Below, in pieces: positions 10,850 to 22,101 of a DNA stretch of 64,000 nt. The notes under the pieces were generated by a model. The model saw nothing but the letters and a program-made list of their open reading frames with translations. It was not told where the DNA came from and did no database searches. The position numbers and the translations under genes were made by a program. Where the stretch lies: positions 32,001 to 96,000 of the forward strand of contig CP136572.1 in assembly GCA_035193785.1 (NCBI GenBank). The letters run 5' to 3'. The stretch comes from Planktothrix sp. GU0601_MAG3. GTDB taxonomy: Bacteria; Cyanobacteriota; Cyanobacteriia; Cyanobacteriales; Microcoleaceae. The stretch's first letter is position 1, and every line of letters starts with the position of its first letter.

Positions 10850-13250
10850 ATGACCCATTCTAGCCCTATTAAGAATATTCCTGAGTCCACCTGGAGTCGC
10901 CCCATTGGTTTAGGGTGGGAAAAACCGTATACCGTCCGCTACGCCAGTAATTTAGATGATGGCCCTTGGCACGGAATGCCTCTAGGGGGGTTGGGTGCGG
11001 GCTGTATTGGACGGTCTTCTCGGGGGGATTTTAACCTTTGGCATTTGGACGGGGGGGAACATATTTTTCAGACACTTCCTGCTTGTCAATTTAGCGTTTA
11101 TGAAGAAATAAATGGCAAGAAAAAAGCTTATGCTTTATCAACAAAACCCCCAGAAGATGGCACTTTATCCGCTTGGAATTGGTATCCTGAAACTACAACA
11201 TCTGGAGAATCAACGGGAAACCTATCATGCCCTATATCCCCGCAGTTGGTTTGTCTATGAAAATGTCTTTTCCGCCCAATTAACTTGTGAACAATTCTCG
11301 CCTGTTTGGGCAAAAAATTATCAAGAAAGTAGTTATCCGATCGCCATTTTTGAATGGACAGCCCACAACCCTACAGATGAACCCATTACATTAAGTATAT
11401 TATTAACTTGGGAAAATACTATTGGCTGGTTTACTAATAGTTTAGCCAGTCCTGAAGTAAAGGTTAGAGATGATGGAAGTCCGGTATATGAATATGAACC
11501 CAACTGGGGAAAAAGTGCCGGATGTTGTAATCATTTAGTAGAAGACTTTCATCGAATTGGGTGTTTAATGACCCGCCTAAGTGTCAATGAAGATGTGCAG
11601 GAAGGAGACGGACAAATTGCGATCGCAACTATTACAAATCCTGCCGTTGAAGTATATGATCAAACCCGTTGGAATCCGACCGGAAATGGGGAAAATATTT
11701 GGCAATGTTTCTCAGAAGATGGCACACTTTTAGATCAAGAAAGTGATCAACCCGCAAAAGAAGGCGAACGAATTGCGGTGGCTTTAGCGGTTAAATTTAC
11801 AATTAGACCGGGGAAAACCAGAAAGATTCCCTTTTATTTAGCTTGGGATTTACCGATTACTCAATTCGCATCGGGAATTAATTATTATCGGCGTTATACT
11901 GACTTTTTTGGTCGCAATGGTCGTAATGCTTGGTCAATGATTCGCACAGCGATGAAACATTCCGACACCTGGCGAGAACATATTCAAGCATGGCAAAACC
12001 CGATTTTACAGCGTCAAGATTTACCGAATTGGTTTAAAATGGCACTGTTTAACGAGTTATATTTATTAACCGATGGGGGCGCAATTTGGAGCGCGGCGGA
12101 TGAGCGAGATCCCATGGGACAATTTGGGGTTTTAGAATGTTTAGATTATCGCTGGTATGAAAGTTTGGATGTAAGATTATATGGATCATTTTCTCTATTA
12201 ATGTTGTGGCCAGAGTTAGAAAAATCCATCTTAATTGCCTATGCTCGGGCAGTTTCTCAAGGAGATGATACCCCCCGAATTATTGGTTATAATCAGGCTT
12301 CAGCTATTAGAAAAGCCATCGGTGCAACCCCCCATGATTTAGGTGCACCGAATGAACATCCCTGGGAGAAAACGAATTATACAAGTTATCAAGATTGTAA
12401 CCTTTGGAAAGACTTACCCTGTGATTTTGTTTTGCAAGTTTACCGAGATTTTTTATTAACAGGTGCAACGGATTATGAGTTTTTAAAAGATTGTTGGTCA
12501 GCGATGGTTGAAACTCTTGATTATCTGAAAACTTTTGATTTAGATCAAGATTCAATTCCTGAGAATAGTGGCGCACCGGATCAAACTTTTGATGATTGGA
12601 AATTACAGGGAATTAGTGCCTATTGTGGGGGGTTATGGTTAGCAGCATTAGAAGCGATGATTGCCATGGGAACACTTTTAGAAAAACAAGCGGTTACACC
12701 CCATCCTAATACTGTTATTCCCATCTATCAAACATGGTTAGAAACGGCAAAACCTTTGTATCAAAAAAACCTCTGGAATGGTGAATATTATCGTTTAGAT
12801 AGTGGTAGCGGTTCCGATGTGGTGATGACCGATCAATTATGCGGTCAATTCTATGCTAAACTATTAGGATTGCCGGATATTGTTCCCCCAGATTGTACTA
12901 TTTCAGCCTTAAAAACCGTTTATAATTCCTGTTTTAAAAAGTTTCATAACGGACAATTTGGAGCCGCCAATGGGGTCAGACCCAATGGAGAAGCGGTTAA
13001 TCCTAAAGATACCCACCCCCTAGAAGTTTGGACGGGAATTAATTTTGGTTTAGCTGCCTTTTTCCTGCAAACGGGAATGAAAGCCGAAGCCTGGGAATTA
13101 ACCGAAGTTGTGGTTAAACAAATTTATGACAATGGCTTACAATTTCGCACACCCGAAGCAATTACCGCCGCCGGAACTTTCCGCGCTAGTCACTATTTAA
13201 GAGCCATGGCAATTTGGGCAATTTATTATCAATATAACAATCCTAATTGA
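10850..13250 (+). CDS. GH116 family beta-glucosidase (GBA2-like); apparent +1 error at 11217-11221
   Basis: GMPLGGLGAGCIGR, LECLDYRWYESLDV, PDQTFDDW, FRTPEA motifs. Confidence 0.9.
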
Positions 13251-13337
13251 GTGAAAAAACAATATGGGTTTGGTCTACAAAGCTAACCCCAAATTGGGTT
13301 AATTTCAAACAATAAATATTAAAACTAGGATTTTTCT

Positions 13338-13657
13338 ATGATTCAAGCTATCCCCAAAACCGTAACCTTTGATGAGTTTATTAATTGGTATCCAGAAGCT
13401 TCAGGATGTCACTATGAATTACATAATGGGGCTATTATAGAAATGCCTAAACCCACGGGTAAACATTCACGAATTGCTGGTTTTTTGATAGCTGAATTGA
13501 ACTTTGAAATCAGACGGCTCAAACTTCCCTATTTTATTCCTAAAGAAAAGGAGAGTATCAAGTCCAACAATTTCGAGACAATCAACGGATTGAATCCCTA
13601 ATTTTTCCAGAATTAAGTTTAACCGCTTTGCAAATTTTTCAGGCGGGTCAGGTTTAA
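13338..13657 (+). pseudogene. Uma2 family endonuclease with a large internal deletion
   Basis: N-terminus (TFDEF..WYPE...YELHNGAIIEMP) joined out of frame at about 13547 to a typical C-terminus GEYQVQQFRDNQRIESLIFPELSLTALQIFQAG; the central PD...EV.S core is absent; the junction is not a GAAC site. Confidence 0.75.
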
Positions 13658-13722
13658 ATAAAATCATCAAAATGTTGTACCAAAATATGATAAGTTAAAA
13701 AAAGTGTTTTGGCGATCGCAAC

Positions 13723-15490
13723 TTGAAACAGAAACAACCCTCTAGTTACAAAAAATTAATTCCCTATATTCGTACCCAAGGTAAAACGATTACTAAAGCC
13801 TTAATTTGTACGATTGCTTTTACCGTATTTTGGCCGTTATTAGCCTGGTTAGCCGGACAAATGGCGGGTTATATTGGTCGGGGAGATGTGAATGCTATTG
13901 CTCAATTAGCAGGAGTAGCTGCGGTGGTTTTCTTCGTCCGAGGAACGGTACAATATGGGCAAGATACCTTGATGGCGAGAGCCGCCCTCACGATTTCTTT
14001 AGAATTAAGAAAACAAGTTTATCGTCATTTACAACAACTGAATATTGGGTATTTTGAAACCGCCAAAACCGGAGATCTCGCCTATCGCCTCACGGAAGAT
14101 ATTGACCGCATTGGGGAAGTAATTAATAAATTTTTTCACCAATTTATTCCCTGTATTTTGCAGTTAATTGTGGTTTTAGGATATATGATTTATCTTAACT
14201 GGCAATTAACTTTAGCTACTTTAATTATAGCCCCATTTATGGCCGTATTAATTGGTTGGTTTGGGGAAAAATTATTAACTTTTACTCGCCATAGTCAAAA
14301 CCGAGTTTCTAATTTAGCCTCTTTATTAACGGAAGTCTTTAGTGGTATTCGCTTAGTCCAAGCCTTTGCCGCCGAGGAATATGAAATTAATCGCTTTAGT
14401 ATCGAAGCCGAACAAAACCGCAAAGCTAAATATTTAGCCGAACAAATTAAGGCATTACAATTTGTGGTGGTGGGCTTTTTAGAAGCCATGAGTGTAATTT
14501 TATTATTCTTTTTAGGAGGATGGCAAATCTCCCAAGGGAATTTAACCGGAGGGGGATTTATTAGTTATATTGCGGCGGTGGCATTATTAATAGATCCCAT
14601 ATCATTAACCACCAGTAATTATAGTGATTTTAAACAGGGTCAGGCTTCGTGCGATCGCATCTTTGAACTATTAGATGTGCAACCGACGGTTTTAGAAAAA
14701 CCCGATGCTTTTATTTTACCCCATGTCACCGGAAAAGTCGAATATTCCCATGTTAGTTTTACCTATCCTAAAACCGATTTTTCCCAAAGCCAGGAAGATA
14801 ATAAACCCGTTTTAGACAATTTGAATCTATTAGTTAAATCGGGGGAAATGGTAGCCTTGGTGGGGCCGTCAGGAGCCGGAAAAACCACCTTAGTTACCCT
14901 GTTACCCCGATTTTATGATCGCCAATCAGGAACCATTAAAATTGATGATATTGATATTCAGGATGTGACCTTAAAAAGCCTCCGGCGACAAATTGGCATT
15001 GTCCCCCAAGATATTACTTTATTCTCAGGAACTATTGCCCAAAATATTGCCTTTGGTCAATCCTATTATGAATTAAATGATGTAGAAAATGCCGCCAAAG
15101 TTGCTAATGCCCATGCCTTTATTACGCAGTTTCCTAATGGATATCAAACCCTAGTGGGGGAAAGGGGCGTGAATTTATCGGGGGGACAAAGACAGAGAAT
15201 TGCGATCGCCCGGGCGGTATTATTAGACCCTAGAATTTTAATCTTAGATGAAGCCACCTCCGCCTTAGATTCCGAGTCAGAAGCCCTGGTTTCAAGAAGC
15301 CTTAGAGCGATTAATGCAGGATCGAACAGTATTTATCATTGCCCACCGTTTAGCCACCGTCAGACGGGCAACTCGCATTCTTGTCTTAGAACAGGGTAAA
15401 ATTGTGGAATCAGGAACCCATCAAGAACTCTTAGAAAAAGGCGATCGCTATGCCCAATTTTATGCTCAACAATTTGATTCATCAATTTAA
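13723..15490 (+). CDS. ABC exporter, fused permease/ATPase (MsbA-like); apparent +1 error at 15289-15293
   Basis: [24 protein letters not shown]; corrected tail [21 protein letters not shown]. Confidence 0.92.
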
Positions 15491-15504
15491 AATAGGAGAC
15501 ATAA

Positions 15505-15903
15505 ATGGAACAAAATCCAGAGCCAGATAATTCAAAATTCAAGAATCAAGTGCAAAAATTACATCGAATTACCGTTTATAGCCGATGGCTGGTAATCGGG
15601 GTTTTGTGGGTAACAGTTGCACCCTTGAGTTTGTGGGCATTGCGGGAAGAAATTGCCCTTTGGCAAAACTATTTTACCTGGTCTGCGGTTCGCTATGGTT
15701 TAGCTTATAACCGTTTTGCTGCAATTGGTTTGGGGTTGTGTCTCGGTACAACAACAGCCACATTAGTTTGGCATAGTCGCAACATTTTATTCGGGGTTTC
15801 TCCCGCCTATCAAAAACGTTTAGAACAGCAGGTATTTAAAATTTTGAAACAGGGGCCTAGTCATCCTTTTTGGAAGTGGATTAGGGTGACGGAAAATCAC
15901 TAA
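15505..15903 (+). CDS. Conserved hypothetical membrane protein
   Basis: 132 aa, two hydrophobic segments, upstream AGGAG. Confidence 0.75.
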   Translation: MEQNPEPDNSKFKNQVQKLHRITVYSRWLVIGVLWVTVAPLSLWALREEIALWQNYFTWSAVRYGLAYNRFAAIGLGLCLGTTTATLVWHSRNILFGVSPAYQKRLEQQVFKILKQGPSHPFWKWIRVTENH

Positions 15904-15943
15904 TTGCCTCCGTATCAAATTAAATCCGTAATTTCTATTACCT

Positions 15944-16484
15944 TTATTTAAAACTTTGAACCAACCAGTTAAACTTGGCTTGAGCTAAGTCTAGAAATTC
16001 CTGTGTTTGTGCACTTAATTCATCAGGTTTCCGGTTCGCATCCCATCAGATCTTCGTAACCCAAACGCCGAATTGTTCCTCGCATCCGACTGGCTAAACA
16101 CAGGGATAAACCTTGATAAAATCGGGCAGCAAATTTAGCATCACTGTGTATTTTACTATTAAGTTCAAATCGAGAAATAGCTAAAACCTGAGTAGTTTCT
16201 AAGGCTTTAACCGTTGCCAAAGGAGGCCGACTATCAATAAAAGAAATTTCTCCCACCACTTCCCCCTTTGTGATTTGGGCCAATTCTCGATCTTCCTTTG
16301 TACCGATTACCACACTTAACAATCCACTTAATACAAAATATAACGCATTAATCGGACGGCCTTCATAAATTAGCCTTTCCCCGGGGGGAAGTGTTTCCAC
16401 CTTGGCTTTATGAACAACCCAATGTAGATCATCATCGCTTAATCCACCGATAAGAAACAGTGCTTTTTCTGTTTTGTGAGTCAT
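15944..16484 (-). CDS. Cyclic nucleotide-binding domain protein; apparent +1 error at 16027-16031
   Basis: LYFVLSG..., GEVVGEISFIDSRPPLATVKA; removing one base extends the C-terminus to EPDELSAQTQEFLDLAQAKFNWLVQSFK*. Confidence 0.85.
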
Positions 16485-16822
16485 TTTTTAATGATATTTT
16501 TAGTGGCTTTTATGGAGTAAATACAACCCGTTTTTCTCAGAAAATAGTCCGATCACTTAACATTTTTTGTTAAAGTAACACGAGATAATCCCACAGAACA
16601 ATTCTATCATTACTTTCCCTAGATCGTAACTATCAGATAATAAATTTATGGCACATCCTATCATATCTAGGGTCTGATGAATGGGAGAAATAGCCATAAA
16701 TTTCCTTAAATGGTCTAAAGAAGAATCCGTTCTACTATAATCTTAGATTAGAGTTTTGTCTAAACTTTAATCGGAATTGTCAAAGATTAGTTTTCCCCTT
16801 TCGTTGTACCAACTCACATTCT

Positions 16823-18308
16823 ATGAAAAGTAGTGATTCCTCGGATCAATTTTCCTCTAACGATGCCCTGAATGCTCAACCCTTACCTTCGATTAACTTA
16901 TTTACCATGTTTCGGTTAGGTCTATTTCAAATGGGGTTAGGGATTATGTCTTTGTTGACCCTGGGGGTGATTAACCGAATCATGATTGATGAGTTAAAAG
17001 TTCCGGCGTTAGTAGCAGCAGGGGCGATCGCTATGCACCAATTTGTTTCCCCTGCTAGGGTATGGTTTGGTCAGATGTCCGACGCCAAACCGTTATGGGG
17101 ATATCATCGCAGTAGCTATGTTTGGATTGGGTTAATTTTATTTACCAGTATGGCATTTGTAGCCCTACAAATAGTTTGGCCTTTAGGTGCAAGTATTCAA
17201 AGCAATGGATTTAATGGAATTGCCTATTTATGGGCGGGTTTATTAGCATTAATTTTTGCCGGATATGGTTTGGCTTTAAGCGCAAGTTTCCACACCTTTT
17301 ACCGCCCTATTATTTGATATTTCCGATGAAAATAATCGTTCTAAATTAGTCAGTATTGTTTGGTCAATGCTGATGGTAGGAATTGTGATTGGGGCGATTA
17401 TTAGTTCTAAAATTCTCCATCGTCCCGAACTCTGTGGTGCAGATCTTTTAGTCGATAATCCCATCACCACATCAACAACTACAAATTTATCCCAATTACA
17501 AACCTCTGTTAATCTGTTATTTATTATTATCCCATTAATCGTCATTGGTTTATGTTTTCTCGCAACAATTGGAATTGAACGCAAATTTTCTCGCTACAAA
17601 CTGCGTTCAACAATTGTTGAACGGGAAGATAAAATTACCTTTGGTCGCGCCCTTAAAATTCTCACCGCCAGCCGACAAACAGGGTTATTTTTTAGCTTTT
17701 TATTGGTGATGACTATTAGTTTATTTATGCAGGATGCTGTCTTAGAACCCTACGGGGGCGAAGTGTTTGGAATGTGTGTCTCGGAAACCACCAAATTAAA
17801 TGCGTTTTTTGGTATCGGAACTTTAATTGGGATTGCGTCAACGGGATTTTTAATTATCCCCCGGGTTGGCAAAAAAAATACCGTCAAAATCGGGTGTATT
17901 GGTGTCGCAATTTGTTTATTATTCTTTATTGTAGCGGGGTTTTATGCTAATGCTGGATTTTTAAAAGGCGCATTATTATTGTTTGGTTTAAATTCGGGAA
18001 TTTTGACGGCTGGGGCGATTAATTTAATGTTAGATTTAACCTTAGCTGAAACCGCCGGAACCTTTATTGGAGCATGGGGTTTAGCACAGGCTATGGCGCG
18101 GGGATTAGCCACGGTTTTAGGCGGGGCAATTTTAGATTTAGGACGGGCGATCTTTCAGGTTCCTTTCCTAGCTTATGGTTTAGTTTTTGCCGTACAAGCT
18201 GTTGGCATGATTCTAGCCATTGTATTATTAAATCGTGTAAATATTCGAGAATTCAACGAAACAGCCAAACAAGCGATCGCCAATGTTTTAGAACAAGAAA
18301 TGGATTAA
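16823..18308 (+). CDS. PucC/BCD family MFS transporter; apparent +1 error at 17286-17290
   Basis: MFRLGLFQMGLGIMSLLTLGVINRIMI, QDAVLEPYGG, AGTFIGAWGLAQA. Confidence 0.9.
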
Positions 18309-18309
18309 T

Positions 18310-18363
18310 TGTAGAGACGTGCCCGAGCGCAGCGATGCCGTAGGCTATTGGCACGTCTCTACA
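18310..18363. repeat. REP-like palindrome TGTAGAGACGTGCC...GGCACGTCTCTACA with a short insert in the loop
   Basis: Perfect 14-bp arms; related uninterrupted copy at 58866-58893. Confidence 0.75.
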
Positions 18364-18370
18364 CTGATTC

Positions 18371-19120
18371 TTACCATAATCCTCGAACGGGTTTCTCTCC
18401 TCCTACGGGACGACAATTCCCATAGAGGACTTTACAGACATCGTTAATTTTGTCTTGATGGAGTAGGGGAGTTTTAAACCCTTGAAATAATGGCCCTGTA
18501 ATGATCATCTCATATTCTTGTTTAGTCATTTTTTCAATAGAAATTTGAGACAAGGTTAAATTATCGGTTAAATTAGAAACTTTTTGTCCGGCTTCAATGG
18601 TGATCGGGTTGGGATTATTCAGATCATTTTTTGATAATAATTTAATTTTACCTTCTAACACCTGAATCGTTCCCGTACTAACATTGGTTTGGTTATTTTT
18701 ATTGGCATTTAATACATAAGTTGTACCTTGAACTCCCGTGGCAAACCCTAAAATACAACCATTAGCAGGGCCAGAAGCAATTAAAGCCCCCTCTTGGACT
18801 TCCGCACATTGACCGACCGTAATCTTAGAATTTTCCCCCATTCTGCCATTAGCACCCGTATTAAAATCAATTTGAGCGCGGGCTTTTTCGGTTCTAATTT
18901 CCTGTCCTAATGTCGCCTGTTCCTTGACTTCAGCCACTTGATTTTCAATAAATACTTGATTATTATTACCAATAATATCAGTCAAAATAGCCAGATTAAT
19001 TTGTGCCAAAGCCGGAAAAGTAACTAAAGAAAATCCTCCAATTAAACCCAAAACTTTGCTTAGGTTTAAAAGCCGATCCTGACGATTGACTTCCGGTTTT
19101 AAATTCAACTTAAACTTCAT
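18371..19120 (-). CDS. FecR-like domain exported protein
   Basis: Signal peptide; IRTEKARAQIDF, VQGTTYVL, IQVLEG motifs. Confidence 0.7.
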   Translation of the reverse strand: MKFKLNLKPEVNRQDRLLNLSKVLGLIGGFSLVTFPALAQINLAILTDIIGNNNQVFIENQVAEVKEQATLGQEIRTEKARAQIDFNTGANGRMGENSKITVGQCAEVQEGALIASGPANGCILGFATGVQGTTYVLNANKNNQTNVSTGTIQVLEGKIKLLSKNDLNNPNPITIEAGQKVSNLTDNLTLSQISIEKMTKQEYEMIITGPLFQGFKTPLLHQDKINDVCKVLYGNCRPVGGEKPVRGLW

Positions 19121-19167
19121 CTTCCTAATCCTTTATTGAAAAATACATTAATCTTAGTCAACATCCT

Positions 19168-20288
19168 TTAAATTAACCCCTTCACCCGATTAAGAATAAA
19201 AGGAGCAATATCATTGACCGATAGAATATGTTGAGCAGCACCCAAAGCAATCGCCTCTGCGGGCATTCCAAAGACTACACAACTATCCTGATTTTGGGCA
19301 ATTGTTAATCCACCCTGATCAGAAATAGCTTTCATTCCATCGGCTCCATCCCGACCCATTCCGGTTAACAAAACCCCCACCGCACTGGCTCCATAACAGT
19401 CAGCAACAGACTTTAAAGTAGTTGTCACCGCCGGACGATGACCCGCCAGTGGAGGGGCATTTGAATAGGCAAAGCGACCCGTATGGCTAAATTCTAAATG
19501 GTATCCGTCTGGTGCAAAATAAACCGATCCCGCCTGGGGAAGTTCACCGACTGTGGCGATTTTAATGGATAAATGGCATTCTCCATTCAACCAACTGACT
19601 AACCCCGGAAGAAAGCCCTCACTAATATGCTGAACACAAACAATAGGAACGGGAAAATTACTGGGAAATTGTGTCAAAATTGTATGTAAGGCTTGGGGGC
19701 CACCCGTCGAAGCACCAATCGCCAGAATCTTAATCGTTTTAGAAGATGGGGGCGAAACCTTCGGGGATTCACTCGTCCAGGGTAGGTAAGAAGACGAAAT
19801 GGTTTTCTGTTCACGGGTGCAGGTGCAGTCGTAGACGGGCGGTTGTCACTGACCGGGGGTTGGGATTTACGATGTTTAGTAAAAACTTTGACACCCGCCA
19901 GCACTTTAATTTTTTGAATTAACTCCCGTCCGATCAATTCATAATCGGAGGCTAAACCCGTTTTCGGTTTAGGAAACACATCAACAGCCCCGGCATTTAA
20001 TAGTTGAAAAACGTTTTGAGTATCATCGGATTGAACCGAAGCACTGATCACCAAAACTGGACGGGGATAAAGTACCATGACTTCCTGGATAAATTCCAGT
20101 CCGTTCATTTGGGGCATATGAAAATCTGTACAAATAACATCCGGTTGAACAGTGGGAACTAATGTTAATGCCTCCTTACCTGTTCGAGCAGTTCCCACAA
20201 TAGTAATCTCTGGAGATGTTGATAAAATTCGTTTCAGAATAATTAAAGCAACGGCGGAATCTTCAACTAGGAGAACTCGAATTGGCAT
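19168..20288 (-). CDS. cheB: Chemotaxis protein-glutamate methylesterase CheB; apparent +2 error at 19802-19807
   Basis: Receiver domain plus IGASTGGPQAL, VQHI..GF, LTGMGRDGA. Confidence 0.92.
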
Positions 20289-20414
20289 TTTACAGTGAGT
20301 AACTTGTTAGATGTGGGATAACTACTATTAAAATTAAGAATATCTGATTAAGACGGTGCAAGGGTTTGTACTAAAATTTGATAGTAATTCGCACTTCAAT
20401 TATTTTTTATTCGA

Positions 20415-21071
20415 TTAATTTTTAATAAAATCTTGATGATCAACAGTAGCAATTCCCTGTTGTAATATAGTTAAAACCTGCGCCATATTTCCAGTTAATA
20501 ATGATTGTTCATCTAACCATAAACCCGGAAATATTTCACTTTTTAGGATGCCTTCTGAATCTGCCAAAAGTTTAATATATTGTCCTTCTCTTAATCTAAA
20601 CCAGTCTAATTGTTGTTCATAAACTCGCCAAATTAAATATTCTTGGACATGATTACGACAATAAACCTTTAACTTTTGATGATAGTCAATAGAAGCACTA
20701 GAAGCGGCAATTTCAACAATTAATTCCGGCGCACCTTCGACATAATCATCTTCACTAATTATAGATTGTCCCCCCTGTTCAACTCTTAATAAAGCATCCG
20801 GTTGAAGTTCATTATCATTATCCAGACGAACAGTTGTATTATCTGCTAAACCGATCCCTGGTGTTGCGGCTTCATAAGTTCCCAACCAAGTCATAATAGA
20901 AGCATGGGGTTTTCCATGACTTTTGTAACGTAATGCAGCCGCCATATAGACAATTCCTTCAATTAATTCTGCTTTTTTTACATCAGACATCGCCACACAA
21001 CGACGTTCAAATTCAATCCGAGTTAATTGATCGCCGTTTTCTAACGGTAGAGTTGTTAAAGAGGATACCAT
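20415..21071 (-). CDS. Uma2 family (PD-(D/E)xK) putative endonuclease
   Basis: KAELIEGIVYM, QPDALL, GAPELIVEIAAS, EYLIWRV. Confidence 0.9.
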   Translation of the reverse strand: MVSSLTTLPLENGDQLTRIEFERRCVAMSDVKKAELIEGIVYMAAALRYKSHGKPHASIMTWLGTYEAATPGIGLADNTTVRLDNDNELQPDALLRVEQGGQSIISEDDYVEGAPELIVEIAASSASIDYHQKLKVYCRNHVQEYLIWRVYEQQLDWFRLREGQYIKLLADSEGILKSEIFPGLWLDEQSLLTGNMAQVLTILQQGIATVDHQDFIKN

Positions 21072-21323
21072 ATTATCAGAGATAAGTATTCACAATATAA
21101 ACGAGTTTAGCATATTTTAGAAAAATCCTTACTGCTTTTGATACAAAATTTAATTATTTTGCTATAATTAGATTGATTCAATTTTTTCTATATCCTCCAG
21201 GCAAGAAATAAATTTAACAGAAATGTACCATTTTACATAATCAATACTGATCAGTTTAAACCCACTAAAGCCACTTTTTAAGTTATTATTATTCTTGTAG
21301 GTATAGATTAAAGCTATTTAACA

Positions 21324-21959
21324 ATGAGTCCTCAACACAAAATTCCTCGTCAACCCGGAATTTATGGAATTATTAATCAATTAACAAAAAAATTTTATAT
21401 CGGTCAAACAACCAATTTATATAATGCTTATAAAAATCATGCTCGTGCTTTTGAAAATAATGGCAATCCTGGCAATCGATACCTAGTTAAAGATGTTATT
21501 AAGTATGGTAAAGAAAATTTTGTTTTCCAAATTTTTGAAATTATTCCCTCAGAAGAAATAGTTGATAATCAATATTTGAATGATTTAAAAGATATTTATC
21601 TTACTTGCGTTTATTTTGGAGTCTATAACCATAGCCATCGCAAGCGGTTAAAAGCTAAAGGAATTCACTTTACATTCGATCAAGAAACAGGATTATATTC
21701 GTGGTCAAGAAATCCTGAGACAGAAAACACTAAAAAAGTAAATCCTGATAAAATTCCTTCACAATTAGTAGAAAAACAAAAAAAATTAGAACTTCCTATT
21801 ACTCCAGAAGCCAGAGAAAAATTAGTTAATTCTTTGCAAACTTCTAAAGGAGGATGGACAAAAAAAGACCTAGAAATAATAGGTGTAGATTGGCCTCCTC
21901 CGAGTGGATGGAAAGCTGCTTTTATCAAGTATGGTGAAAATTGGAAAAACTTCTTATAA
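21324..21959 (+). CDS. GIY-YIG domain protein with an unusual C-terminal domain
   Basis: GIY(G)IIN..TKKFYIG, KYGKENFVFQIFE, YN; very AT-rich. Confidence 0.75.
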   Translation: MSPQHKIPRQPGIYGIINQLTKKFYIGQTTNLYNAYKNHARAFENNGNPGNRYLVKDVIKYGKENFVFQIFEIIPSEEIVDNQYLNDLKDIYLTCVYFGVYNHSHRKRLKAKGIHFTFDQETGLYSWSRNPETENTKKVNPDKIPSQLVEKQKKLELPITPEAREKLVNSLQTSKGGWTKKDLEIIGVDWPPPSGWKAAFIKYGENWKNFL

Positions 21960-22101
21960 ATTTTTTATAGGAAGTTTATGAAATAAATTAATCCTAATTG
22001 ATTTACAGATGTTACCGAATACGTTGGGACGATTTTCCCCTCGTTTCTAGGTAGAGCCTCAAAATTAGCATTCTAATGCTCTGCATTGGAACGACGAAAA
22101 A

